Assembly (NCBI GenBank): GCA_004764695.1
Contig: SMSO01000014.1
Location: forward strand, 5,590,845 to 5,654,844
Source: Schizochytrium sp. TIO01
Lineage: Eukaryota > Protista > Bigyra: Labyrinthulomycetes
Direction: 5' to 3'
DNA: 64,000 bases
The translations under genes were made by a program, and so were the position numbers. Each line of letters begins with the position of its first letter. The first letter of the stretch is position 1. Shown here one piece after another: positions 9,934 to 21,063 of this stretch. The notes under the pieces are model-generated. The model did not search any database. It was not told where the DNA came from and was given only the letters and a program-made list of their open reading frames with translations.

Positions 9934-12900
9934 TAGACAGCCCGTTGCTTGATTTTACTTCCCTCCTCGCAAAACCTTCACCTCAAAGACGCCCGGCGCC
10001 TCCAAGTTCTTGCATTGATTGCCTGAGTCTTTATGGTGAACCCAGTTTACTTCAAGTTGGCGCTCCTTCTGGGCGCCATAGTGGACACGCAATTTTCTTT
10101 CATTTTGGCTTTTTTTCGAAGTTGGTTCTCTCCCCCCAAAATGTTAATTAAACAGAAAAGGTAAAAAGTGGGCTTGAACAGAATGATAATATGGAGTACC
10201 TAGTAATAAAGTAACCAAAACAGAAAACTCTGAATAAAAAATAAAAAATCTATTTGGTGGAGCCTTCTATGCAAAACCTCTACAGGTGGTTCTTCTGTCT
10301 AGCGCCCCCCTCTCTTTTTCTTTTTTTTTCAAAGTGGAGTGGGTTCTTTGACTTTAAAGTAAGGACGCCGTGTTTGATTGATCATTTGCGTAGCAACCTG
10401 CATGGAACAGGACTTTAAGATATTTCAAGGACACCGATGTGGAAGCAAGTGGTGGCTGGCCACCCAGAAGTGCCCAAGTGAAAGTTCGGGACCTTCAGTT
10501 CAGGACGATCTCCGCTTATCTTCTTTATGTAATCCGCCGGCGGACCGGCAACATCATTTTTGATTAAAAGAAAAAGAAGAAGAAAAAGAATCGAGGGACA
10601 AACAGGGTCTTAAGGTTTTTGGATAGATACATACTATTTAAAGAACCCCTCCACCTCTTGGCGGACAATCGGCAATCCGCAAGCTCGCAAATTATGTCAT
10701 GCTGTAGCACGCTATCACGATGAGCTGCTTTCATATCTATGAACAAAGAGGACCTCTTGGCCATAAAACCACCAAGGCAAAAACAATAGTCAAGTCTATA
10801 GTAAAGCACAATCAACTGAGTTGTCAGGACCAGCGACTGTGAAACGATTCCTTGGGGTTGAAAGGGTAAAAAACGGACATGCAACCACAAATTGAACAAA
10901 ATGATGCATACTAAAAGAAGCACCTCATCTAATTGAATGATCAGCCAAGTTATACTTAACACAAAGATCGAAAATTCCCTAACGAAATTGGAAAAAAAAT
11001 CAAAGAATAAAGTAATCGGAGACTCGCGCGTGCGCCCCATTTGGCGCGTGCAGATTTCAATTGCGATATGAAATTTTTCACACAGGCTTGAATTACGTGG
11101 TTTTAGCGATTTTACGGGAGTTTATTCTGGCCTCGGAGTCGAACATGTGATCGCATGCTCAAAACTTGCAGCTCAGCAGTATTTTTTCTAATTTTCCAAT
11201 TGCACAAATTTTAGCAAGAACTGTTATGTACAACGTTCGATATGGATTCATCAAGTGCTATACAGTCTGTTTGCTACGTCCGCAGATCCTGCCTTGATGC
11301 GAACCCACTTAGGACGAAAGCATAGAAAGTTATTATGCGTTTTTGAAGTGAAAGTACATGCAATAATTTATGCATGGGGACGTTGATGAGCTTCTACAAT
11401 AACAATAATAAGCAAATCTGCGTTCATAGTACGCACAAAGCAACTATATCCAGTTGTCTGTTGAGAAGAGTCAAGGGTGTGTAAGAATTTCGATCTATGC
11501 TCCAGCTCCACCTAATTATGAGAAAGAACTTCGTTAATGTTTTAGAGCAAGGTGATTCAACTGGCTCGCATATATGCAACACCTTCAAGACATCTTACCT
11601 AGGGACATTAAGTGAATATCAATGGTACGAGCATATCGTACGCTTCTTTTCAAAATATTTGCTTCACCAAATGCGTTTGTGCACTTAAGCTATATTGAAG
11701 GTAAATCACATTCAGCTAGCCCTGTTGCTCGACGGCTTTTTCAGGCTACTGTCGTCTAAGCCGCGTAGATGAATTTATAAATTTATCTGTTCCAGTCCAT
11801 AGAGGCAATAAGAAAAGACAAGGGACATAAATACCACGGATGTCCCGCACCAAGAACAGCGTGTAACGAGTCGATTCATCTTTTGCGAACAGCAGCGGGA
11901 CTCAATACAGAAAAACTGGATTCTAGCGAACAAGGGAGACTGTTGTAGCTCAAGTCCCGAAGGTCGGCTATATTGTCCTTATGTTTTCAAGATCATGAGC
12001 ACAATTCTTATTCGTCATCTTTTACATAATTGCTTGCTAGATTGACGAGAACAGGTTCTCTGATCTGGTTTCAACCTTCTCCGAAAGAAAATTCGAACAA
12101 GAGCTATATTCTCCTTGATGACAAGTTAAATCTTGAAAGTCATATCAAGGGCAGGATTTCAAGCCAGGTAATGCTGATAATCACAACATGTTATAATAGT
12201 GAGAATGATGATGATTGATTCCACTATGTAAAATGCATATGTTTAACAAGATCGCACAAGAACAAGCTGATATTTTCATGCAGAAAAAGAACTGTTTCGG
12301 TCCACATTTTGATTTGGTCTTTCTCGATCTCGAAAAAGAGGACAAAAGACTTCTCTAGCCCGTCATACATTAAAAAAATGATACTTTCCACCTCATTCAT
12401 GGCATCACACATATTTACTATTCATGTATAAGACCTTCTCGCAAATGAACTCTGCCCCCAAGCAAATGTTTTCCTCATTTTACACGATTTCCTTTTGCAA
12501 TTCAACGCGTCATTGCTCCTTTTGTTGCACTAACTTCCTCTGGTGATTGCTTAATCAACGTCCACCATTTCAATGAACTACAATCTTATGCACACCCATT
12601 TTTATTGTTAAGTATGAGCTCCCAACGCCACTGCTCATCAGTGAATGCACACTCTATGCTTACTCGAGTCCGTTATGCATCGTTTTCATCTATATGCCTA
12701 TATATACGATTTTCACGGCTCAACGCAAACAAAACTTAAGTTTGCTGTAGTTTTTGCGATTTATACAGGTGAGTGATGCTTTATTTTTCTCCGTGCTTGC
12801 TTGGTTATTTGAGGTTTGGCTTACTCTCTTAAGGTTTATTGTGAGTTATAGTCTACAGTACTAGGAATGCACAATTATGGCATTCAAATTAGCTCGATTG

Positions 12901-13689
12901 TATTTTGCAAAGTTGTGAATTTCTCACAAATCCAAGTTCTATAGCATACCAAATTCTATATCTTCAAGATACTTCTTGTATACAAAACCCTTAGTAGGAA
13001 CTTATTTCAATATTTATTGCTTTACGACGAAACGCTGCGATTCACAGAGACGTGCAACTCTTTGGTAAACTCAAGTTGACTATTAGCTTAAAGTCCGATA
13101 AGGTCAAGGTGCCTGCTTCTCCATAGGTTTGTAACAAACCAAAGCCATCAGTGCACACTACCTTTTAACACAGTGCCATTGTCATGATAACTTTCAAAGT
13201 ACGTGCATTGGTGAGATACATTTTGCCACGGCCACCTCCTTACATCAAATTGATTGCGCTGGAAAAAAATGTTCATTTACAAGGAAAGGAGTCAAAGACC
13301 CTGTCTTAACTACAACTGCATGGCCTTGGTTTTAGGCAAGAGCTTCAATTTATCAAAAACCATCGCTTTTCGAAAGAGTTGTGCAAGATGCATCTTCAAA
13401 GAAAGCTCTTTAAATATTAACCAAAATCTCCTCTTCCGGTATCCACATTCACCTTGTTAAGACCGTCGAGCACAAGAAACTCAACCACGTCTTCTTGGCA
13501 TATAAACTCCGAGGAATTTGACGCAAAACTGTTGCACCAGAACACAGAGTTGAACATGGTGTTAGGTAAAGAGAAGTTGTGAAAACGAACGAGTTCTACA
13601 AAGGCCTTCAAATTCAGACTTTCCTCTATGTTTGGATGGTCCAATAACATTAGTTCTTGGAGCATCCAAATCTAAAAATCGAGGTTTTG

Positions 13690-14952
13690 ATGACATCTAC
13701 TTCAAGTGGCGACGTGGGCTCCCGCGCCGCGAGCGTGGCTGCTGCCGCAGCAGCATCCATATACTCGCAGGAGGGCGCTAACGCTGGACCGCGCGCCGCG
13801 CAGTTGGCAAAGGAAAGGCAGCATTTACTCGAACAGGCGCAGCGCGAGCGGGATGAACTTATGGTCCGATCAGCTGTGCCAGACGCGGCGACACTGCGCG
13901 ACGTTGGGCGGCGCTTTCAGCGCGAAGTGTTGCAGACCGAGACCTCCGAACGCCCGTACGGTCTGCAGACGCAGCAAGAGTTCCTCGCAGCCCAGCAGCG
14001 CCAGGCCGAGCTTGAGGCAGGTCAACTTGCCGCTCTCGGCCATGGTCAGCTGAAGGGCCTCTCAAAGTCCTCCGATGGCGTCGCCACGAGCTCCAAAGAC
14101 GCAGAACGCAAGGAACGCAAGAAACGAAAGAAGGAGCGCCAACGTAAGGACCGTGCATTGCTCTCGTTCGAGGTTAATGGCGACGACAATGACTTTGAAG
14201 ACGGCCAAGACGATCTCAAAACCGCTCCGAAAGATGACGACTCCCCAGACAATGACGAATTCGAGTTCAAGAACGCCGACGATGAAAACAAGGCAATTGA
14301 TGACGAGAAGCACAAAAAGCGCAAACGCAAACGTATGAAAAAAAGTTCTACAAAGACCGGCTATGAAGAAGTGCGCGTGTGCAAGAACCCTGACGTGGAG
14401 ACTGGTTTCTTGCCGGACCGGGAGAGAGACGAACAGCGGAGACGCGAGGAGGAGCACCGACGTGCAGTTCGAGAGGCTGAGGAGGCAAAGGAGAAAGCGG
14501 AAATGCTCACAATCACATATAGTTACTGGACAGGTGAGGGTAACCGTGATCGAATCACAGTCACGAAGGGAACCACTGTGTCGGACTTCCTGGAAAAGGT
14601 GCGTCTTAAGATGATGAAAGTTTTTCCTAGCCTTCGTGCTGCGTCTGCAGATACTCTCATGTACATCAAGGAAGATATGATCATCCCGAACTTTCTTACC
14701 TTCTACGACCTGATCAAGTCCAATGCTCGTGGACTTACAGGGCCCCTGAATAAATTTACTGTAGAAGAGGATGTACGTCTCCAGGGTGATATCCGAGTGG
14801 CAAACCGTGAATCTCACGCTGGCAAGGTCTGTGATCGTCACTGGTACAACAAAAATAAGCATATTTACCCAGCCAGTCGCTGGGAGGTCTTTGACCCAAC
14901 AAAGCTGGAGGAAGAAGAGGAAAAGAAAAATACAAAAGCTATCTCCAAGTAG
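13690..14952 (+). CDS. FAM50: XAP5/FAM50 family spliceosome-associated nuclear protein
   Basis: KNPDVETGFLPDRERD, ITYSYWTG, LMYIKEDMIIP, TFYDLI, ESHAGKVCDRHWYNKNKHIYPASRWEVFDP. First ATG at 13690. Confidence 0.95.
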   Translation: MTSTSSGDVGSRAASVAAAAAASIYSQEGANAGPRAAQLAKERQHLLEQAQRERDELMVRSAVPDAATLRDVGRRFQREVLQTETSERPYGLQTQQEFLAAQQRQAELEAGQLAALGHGQLKGLSKSSDGVATSSKDAERKERKKRKKERQRKDRALLSFEVNGDDNDFEDGQDDLKTAPKDDDSPDNDEFEFKNADDENKAIDDEKHKKRKRKRMKKSSTKTGYEEVRVCKNPDVETGFLPDRERDEQRRREEEHRRAVREAEEAKEKAEMLTITYSYWTGEGNRDRITVTKGTTVSDFLEKVRLKMMKVFPSLRAASADTLMYIKEDMIIPNFLTFYDLIKSNARGLTGPLNKFTVEEDVRLQGDIRVANRESHAGKVCDRHWYNKNKHIYPASRWEVFDPTKLEEEEEKKNTKAISK

Positions 14953-15656
14953 ATTGGTAATGCACTCCCATAAACTGCTCCAGGAGCTCTCGTTTTATTT
15001 TAACATATTTGTCCCTTTTTGTTTTGAAAATGTAAAAAACAAGAGCTTAAACAATAGCCTGTAGTCCGTGTTTTTTGTTTGTTTTTTTGGTATATTTTGG
15101 TTTTAAAGGAATGGCTAGATTCCTTTTGCCGCTCAAGATTAGAATGAGAGATTAGGTTTTAGTTGAGGTTTTCCCACTAAACTAGTTAGAGTAGCCCATA
15201 CATTTTATAATACTTTCTAATAGAGATTCTATCCTCTGATATTTACTCAGTGCCCTTCTGTCATATTGCTCAACTAAATTAGGTACGAAATAGCCGCTGC
15301 TGCATTTAAGGCAAATTTTTTCCATTAAAAAAATAACATTCACAAAATCAAGTTATGTTTCGGTAGTAGCCTAGTATCTGGTTCAAAGTGAGCATCGAGT
15401 CCGCGAAAATATAGAATCGCAAAAGCATGTATTTTTCAATCTTTACTCATACATACTACGGTTGCTGCCCTTTATTCAGGTTCTAGTCGTCTTTGAGTAG
15501 CAAACAGCGAAAGTTGTCATAACTGCAGCCAAAATGAGTCTAAACTTCATAGATCCAAGCCTTGAGTTAAAAGTTTCTTTCTTTAGATGACATCTTAAGG
15601 ATCCATAGTTGGTGACAAAAGTACATACTAGTAGTAAACGAAGGATATAATGTATA

Positions 15657-16247
15657 CTACTGCAGATTTGCTGCGGCCATGGCATCTGCAAAGAGGCTCT
15701 CTGGACTTGATGTCTTCGGAAATCGTTTTGTACATTTAGCATCAAGCTTGGCAAATGCTGTCTCACCGACGTTCCATCCAATGGTGTGGCTTGAAACAAC
15801 AGGGTTGAGAAACTTATCGCGGGGGTTGTGAGTGAGTCGAACATTGCGCCTCGTGGCATCCTTATAAGATGTCATAGATGTATACTCTACAGGCTTGTAC
15901 TCACGCTCTCCGTGAAATGAAGGATGAACACAGCGTCCACGAGCTGCCCAGCATGCTTCAAAGAATAGCTCACGCGGGATCTCCTCTACATCTTCAGAGT
16001 GACCTCGCTTCAGTAGCTCTTCACGAATAAGCCCCTCGTCCCATACCGGCACGATTGGTCCTCGATACAGTGTGGTCAGAAACTTTTTAATCATGCTCAT
16101 ACCCATGTGATTGTGATTCTTTCCAGCAGTCTTAGTGATAGCAGCTTCAACATCATGTTTGGAAAAAAGCGTGAGATCAAGACCGTGTTCTGAGCTATCG
16201 CGAAAGTACTCCTGCTCACCTAAGAAAGTCAACCCGAAGAAAGCCAT
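15657..16247 (-). CDS. TEX49/SPMIP11-like axonemal microtubule inner protein
   Basis: N-terminal MAFFGLTFLGEQ and C-terminal S..Y...R....P...F..P..S..IGW...S....F.D pattern resemble TEX49/SPMIP11; there is an extra central helical domain. Confidence 0.55.
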   Translation of the reverse strand: MAFFGLTFLGEQEYFRDSSEHGLDLTLFSKHDVEAAITKTAGKNHNHMGMSMIKKFLTTLYRGPIVPVWDEGLIREELLKRGHSEDVEEIPRELFFEACWAARGRCVHPSFHGEREYKPVEYTSMTSYKDATRRNVRLTHNPRDKFLNPVVSSHTIGWNVGETAFAKLDAKCTKRFPKTSSPESLFADAMAAANLQ

Positions 16248-16748
16248 GATGTAAGATTTACCTTACTCGTACAGGTTGATTGCTCAAGACCAGAGTGCGA
16301 CTCCTCAATAAACCTCTTCACGTGAGTACCTGAGATTATGTTTTACTAGCATGCTCTCCTCGTCGCGTCAATAAGTCTCTTCCTTGGCACGTGCTTGTTC
16401 TCAAACCCACCAGGTTGCAACTTCCAGTGCACACTCGTCATAAAGTCGCTACATTCAGTAAACCCACCGAACAGGTCTATGTAGCTTTTTACTTTAATCC
16501 TAACCATGTGCTCGCGATGAAGATATAAATGAACCATTATCACCACCGTGATAATACTATTGATCAACGGATATAGGGTGTGTTTGCGCACCCCTATGGG
16601 GAACCTGTGGGGACTCCCCTTTCTTTCAATTTTTTTCAATTTATTGTTTTGTTTTCTGGGATTGATTGACGCTCATAGAATAGTAGGTACATACATACAT
16701 GATCATCATCTTATATCCTCTTCACCCATCATAACCATTCTCCAGAAC

Positions 16749-17933
16749 ATGGGTCGTCGTGCTACGTCGTGGAAGCGTGCGATCGCGTCCGCGCTGTCGT
16801 CATGGCCCGGTATTATCGCTGCCATCGCTGCTAGCAATGGCGGTCTTGTGATATTCGTGCGCAAAGCCGCAGTGGGCCTGCTAGTGGGTTTACTCAGGCT
16901 CCGCAAAACTGTATTTCTTCGCACACAAGGACTTGTTTTAGGCTCAGTAGGCTCTTGGCTTGGAAGTTATGTAAAGCATTACATAGAACTCCTGCGTTGG
17001 CGTAGCCGCGTGTTTTATCATCGGGTGCATCTCGTCTTGCTCTCATGGACCCCGGAAACTGCAATTTCCCACCGTGTTGAGAAACGCACGCTCTTTGAGG
17101 GCTCTCTTGAACAAACTATCATGAATGGCAACAGCGCCGCCACAAAGGTCTGTGCTCAGGCTGCTGCACAATGCTCTGTAGAAAATCCCTTCGTCACACA
17201 ACACCTTCCTCCAGGAGAGAGATACCAGATCTTGAATAACACTCTCAATTTGATTTCTTCTCTCACACCTACAGGGCACATCGCAGAGGACATATATCCT
17301 ACCTGTACAGTGGGATGCTGGTATGTATTTGCGCTGACTGTAGACAAGTATGCCTCGCCAGATCGCTTGGAGATACCAGATACCAAAATTCGGGCTTCTC
17401 TGGTCAAGGAAGAAACCGTACTATGGCTCTGCAACCCAGAAAACGCAAGAGAGATCAAACGCCTAGAAGAGGTATTCCAGCAGGATGATAATGAACGACA
17501 CTTAAATCGCTGGCGCTGTCTCTGTAAAATGGCGGAAATATACCAAAAGCAGGAGGAATGGACACTGGAACAGCACGGAGACCGAGTTTTGCATGTTTTC
17601 CGCGTCTATCTCTCAGTACCCATGGCACCGATTACAAACCAATCGACAGTATCCACCCCCCGTCTATCCACAGCACGACGTAAGTCTTTGCAGGCTACAT
17701 TTCAGGCACAGCACCCGCCAATTGCTCGTCACCAAACGTCAGATTCCCTGGAAGATACCTCGCCTCCCATCGAAGCAACCCCTCGTAGGAAAGACTCTGG
17801 ATTGGATAAGACTACCTCGTCACCAGAAATGTTTTCACCCTGGTCGCGCTCAGCCCGTACACGAGAATTCCGTCGAACACTTTCACAACCAGTTGACACC
17901 AAGACTTCACCATTGTTTATTCCAGATTCTTAG
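16749..17933 (+). CDS. Hypothetical protein with N-terminal hydrophobic segments and Ser/Pro-rich tail
   Basis: Long ORF with coding-like composition from MGRRATSW (16749); divergent from the TEX49-like gene; no family recognised. Confidence 0.7.
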   Translation: MGRRATSWKRAIASALSSWPGIIAAIAASNGGLVIFVRKAAVGLLVGLLRLRKTVFLRTQGLVLGSVGSWLGSYVKHYIELLRWRSRVFYHRVHLVLLSWTPETAISHRVEKRTLFEGSLEQTIMNGNSAATKVCAQAAAQCSVENPFVTQHLPPGERYQILNNTLNLISSLTPTGHIAEDIYPTCTVGCWYVFALTVDKYASPDRLEIPDTKIRASLVKEETVLWLCNPENAREIKRLEEVFQQDDNERHLNRWRCLCKMAEIYQKQEEWTLEQHGDRVLHVFRVYLSVPMAPITNQSTVSTPRLSTARRKSLQATFQAQHPPIARHQTSDSLEDTSPPIEATPRRKDSGLDKTTSSPEMFSPWSRSARTREFRRTLSQPVDTKTSPLFIPDS

Positions 17934-19144
17934 ATTGCTTGTTTGATGATATGTCGAAAAGGAGAACATGATGATAATGAAGAAGACTTTGTAAAGACAT
18001 CATCTACCCTTTGAGGCAATCATAGTCATAGCAGATATTTTGCTGTAACACTATAAATGTTTTAGATCTGACATATTACATGTGACAACCATGTTCTTCT
18101 GACGAAATTTAGTTAGAATACCCTACGAAAGATAAATATAACTTGAGACACTGTATCGGAGAGTGACCCAACTTTTGATGAATTGCTACATAAAGCTAAG
18201 TTAAGGTCTACTATTTATGTATCCGCTGCCATAGCTCAACTACTTTTATCCTTGACCACAAATACTCCTCTCCTATTGCACTACAAAAGGTGATGCAGGG
18301 TCCTGTTGTCTTTTCCATAGACCAGATCTTGCAATTGGGTTCTTTGTACGAGTCCTCCAATCATGGAAGGAAGTTCTTCGTGGGTTTTCTCGTGATAGCA
18401 TAATGAGTTTTTCACTCCCCCTTTAAAACCGAATCAAAAGCATGATCCCCTAATTAGAAGATCCTCACAATCTGAAGAGTTGCGAATCTCGCGTCTGAGT
18501 TCATCTTTTCGGAAATCCTATTTTGAAGCGCCCGGGGATATCAGGGATAAGAAGGAGACGAAGAATCGGTACACACGCACACCCTGAACAGAGTGAACAA
18601 AGTACGAGTTGTGGCATTTTAAAAAATAGCATGATTGCTATTCTTCTTCTGGTAAAATAGAAGCATAGCATCCCATTCTCACTAGTTCAAAGTCTGCGCC
18701 CCAGAATCCTGTAATTTAAGTAGAAACCCATGTCAAAGCGCGTAATGATTCTACCTCGTTGGCTTCCCATTTCGAGTTACCTTTTCACCTGTGGCACATA
18801 CTACTTACCTATACCTAGTTATGACATCTACTCTGAGATCCCACACTCAGTGAATCGTCAATAGTTACTCAGTATACTAAGGATTACATGAACTAGCTAG
18901 TACTACTAAAACTACTAGGTAGGTAGGTGCTACTAATGGGCCTTCAAAGGAGTTAGGTTGAAAATACCTCCGGCGGTTGCAACAAACTCGCACACAAGGT
19001 TTAGAGCAGAGTTTGAAGGTTTCAATTGTAGAGCAAACCTCGAAACTCAGTTGCAAGGTGATTTGCGCCCTGCCTGCGAGCGTTGGTTCTTTGACTGAGT
19101 CTAGCAGGTGAAGTTCTGCTCACTGAGTTTGTAGAGCGAGCAAA

Positions 19145-20581
19145 ATGATTGCTCGTATGATGGGCCTTTCAAAGCAAAACGGTGCTCAAGATGAGAACAC
19201 TGCCCCAGATGTGACAACCCAAGCCACGATAGCAGAGGGTGCGTCTTTGCGTAAAACTAGATCCCAAGCGCGAGCTGCTCAGCAAACTAAGAAGGCAACT
19301 CCGAAACGGAGTGCTCTCCGTGACACCACCAACAAAACGCCTTCTGTTGATCCAGGGGAACACAAGGACCATGAACCTGAGTTTACAAGCCCCAAATCTG
19401 AGGCCAGAATTCGGAAGAGTCTTTCCAGCGCTCGAGAAGACTGCACATCTGAGTCTGAGTTCAGCGAAAGTACAAACAAAGAAGACTCATACAGTCCGAT
19501 TTTCAAACCTCCAAAGAAAAACACTCAGCCTCTCAAACATTCTGAGGTATCCAGCTCTATTTCGCCTGGACCGAAAGCTCACCGAGACATATCAAATCCT
19601 CTTTTCGAGGCGGAAGAAAATGTATCACCATCTCACCAAAGCCTTTCAGGAAGCGCCGAGCTCAGTCCGAGCTCAGCTGCAAGCCAAGTGCGTCGGCGTC
19701 ATGGTGAAGTTGAGAATACTATGGCTAAGTCACCGGCAGTTTGCGGATCCTTAAACTTTTCAGATGTCTCTAGCTCTTACCACCAACCCCAATTTGGAGT
19801 ATGTCTGCTAAGAATGCCGCACAAGGTAATTTATCATGCTTCTGCGCGAGAGCTACTCGATACTGTCCCCATTTGGTGCAAACAGCGTCCTGTGAGTTCG
19901 GCACGAGTGTCAGAAATTGCAGACCGGTTTCGTGGTAAATTCGATTTCCCTGGTTCGATTTCAATCTTCAACTACAATGCTAGCCCCTCAGTAGGTCGTC
20001 CACAAAGTCATGCTATTTTTGACGGACAACACCGCTCTCTCGCTATGCAGAGGCTGCTTGATGAGGATCCTAATTTGAACTTTGACATTACCATCGAGGT
20101 TTTCCCTGTCAAAACAGAGGAAGATATCAAAAAGCTTTTTCGAGATCTCAACAAAGCAGAAAGCGTCCAGGAAATTGATACAACCGATGAAATCGAAGCA
20201 GAGGAAAAACTCTGCATCAACGAAGCAGTTAAAGCACTGCAAGAAAAATTTCCTGAGATGTTTGGCAATGAAAAATGTAGAGTTCCCAATTTGAACGATG
20301 CAAAATTGCGCAATGAATTGTATACTGCTGACATCACGAAAAACTTTCCTTTTATCTGGAAAGACGGTTCTTTCAAGAAAAGCCCCAAAGATAACATTTT
20401 GCTCCAATGCATTCTAGATGTTAACGACGAGATTTCACAGTGGGAGAATCACAAGTTCAAAGCACAATACCAGAAAAATGTGAAAAAGTGTCGTAGAAAC
20501 AATTGTTTTCTTGGAGTCGTGGAAGGATGGATCTATGATCTTCTAATCAAAAAACTAGAATCTTTAAAATTAAACAACTAG
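19145..20581 (+). CDS. DGQHR-domain (DndB/ParB-like) protein with disordered D-box-containing N-terminus
   Basis: WCKQRPVSSARVSEI, FPGSISI, AIFDGQHR (DGQHR at 20021-20035) and LFRDLNKA match the QR...DGQHR...F..LN signature. N-terminal RSALRDTTN. Confidence 0.8.
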   Translation: MIARMMGLSKQNGAQDENTAPDVTTQATIAEGASLRKTRSQARAAQQTKKATPKRSALRDTTNKTPSVDPGEHKDHEPEFTSPKSEARIRKSLSSAREDCTSESEFSESTNKEDSYSPIFKPPKKNTQPLKHSEVSSSISPGPKAHRDISNPLFEAEENVSPSHQSLSGSAELSPSSAASQVRRRHGEVENTMAKSPAVCGSLNFSDVSSSYHQPQFGVCLLRMPHKVIYHASARELLDTVPIWCKQRPVSSARVSEIADRFRGKFDFPGSISIFNYNASPSVGRPQSHAIFDGQHRSLAMQRLLDEDPNLNFDITIEVFPVKTEEDIKKLFRDLNKAESVQEIDTTDEIEAEEKLCINEAVKALQEKFPEMFGNEKCRVPNLNDAKLRNELYTADITKNFPFIWKDGSFKKSPKDNILLQCILDVNDEISQWENHKFKAQYQKNVKKCRRNNCFLGVVEGWIYDLLIKKLESLKLNN

Positions 20582-21063
20582 GTGGCATATGAACACCTTC
20601 CTGCACTAAATCTTTTAAGTATGCATTTCAACCACTCTCTTTTCTTATGCATTATATTTATAACTGCGCTACACAGAGTTACCCCTGGCAAACTTTCTTT
20701 TCGATTGTCCAAGCTCCTTCTTTTGCCAAAACTTATAAATATATAAATAAAAGACAATAGAAACATGTCTATCCTAATTCTGAATAGGATAGGACATGGT
20801 GAATAGAACGCAACACGTGACATCAATTTGGTACAGCAAATGTCGCAGTTGCGTTATGATGCGAAGCTTTCAAATATATAAGTTATCATTATTTTCCCGA
20901 AAAAAGCATATGTCTGCGAAGTCGTATTTTATCAACTTGTCTTAAAAGCGAATATTGTCATTATCCAACCTGCCTACTCTTCCTCCCAATTTATTGGGAT
21001 GGTTACGTCACAAATGAAAGGGCAATGAAACAATGCTAAAATAATACCAGTATTCATTCAGAT

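Noticed and set aside
10564-11040. 158-aa hydrophobic minus-strand ORF
   Set aside because: Phe-rich composition from A-tracts, no motif; not credible as a gene.
14062-14862. 266-aa antisense ORF over XAP5, and similar shadow ORFs over kinesin, STAG, KARS and LPAAT
   Set aside because: They lie opposite well-supported genes, have no motifs, and are explained by codon bias.
19145-20581. DNA phosphorothioation (dnd) system or bacterial contamination
   Set aside because: No dndA/C/D/E genes; the gene has a eukaryote-style disordered N-terminus and conserved eukaryotic neighbours.
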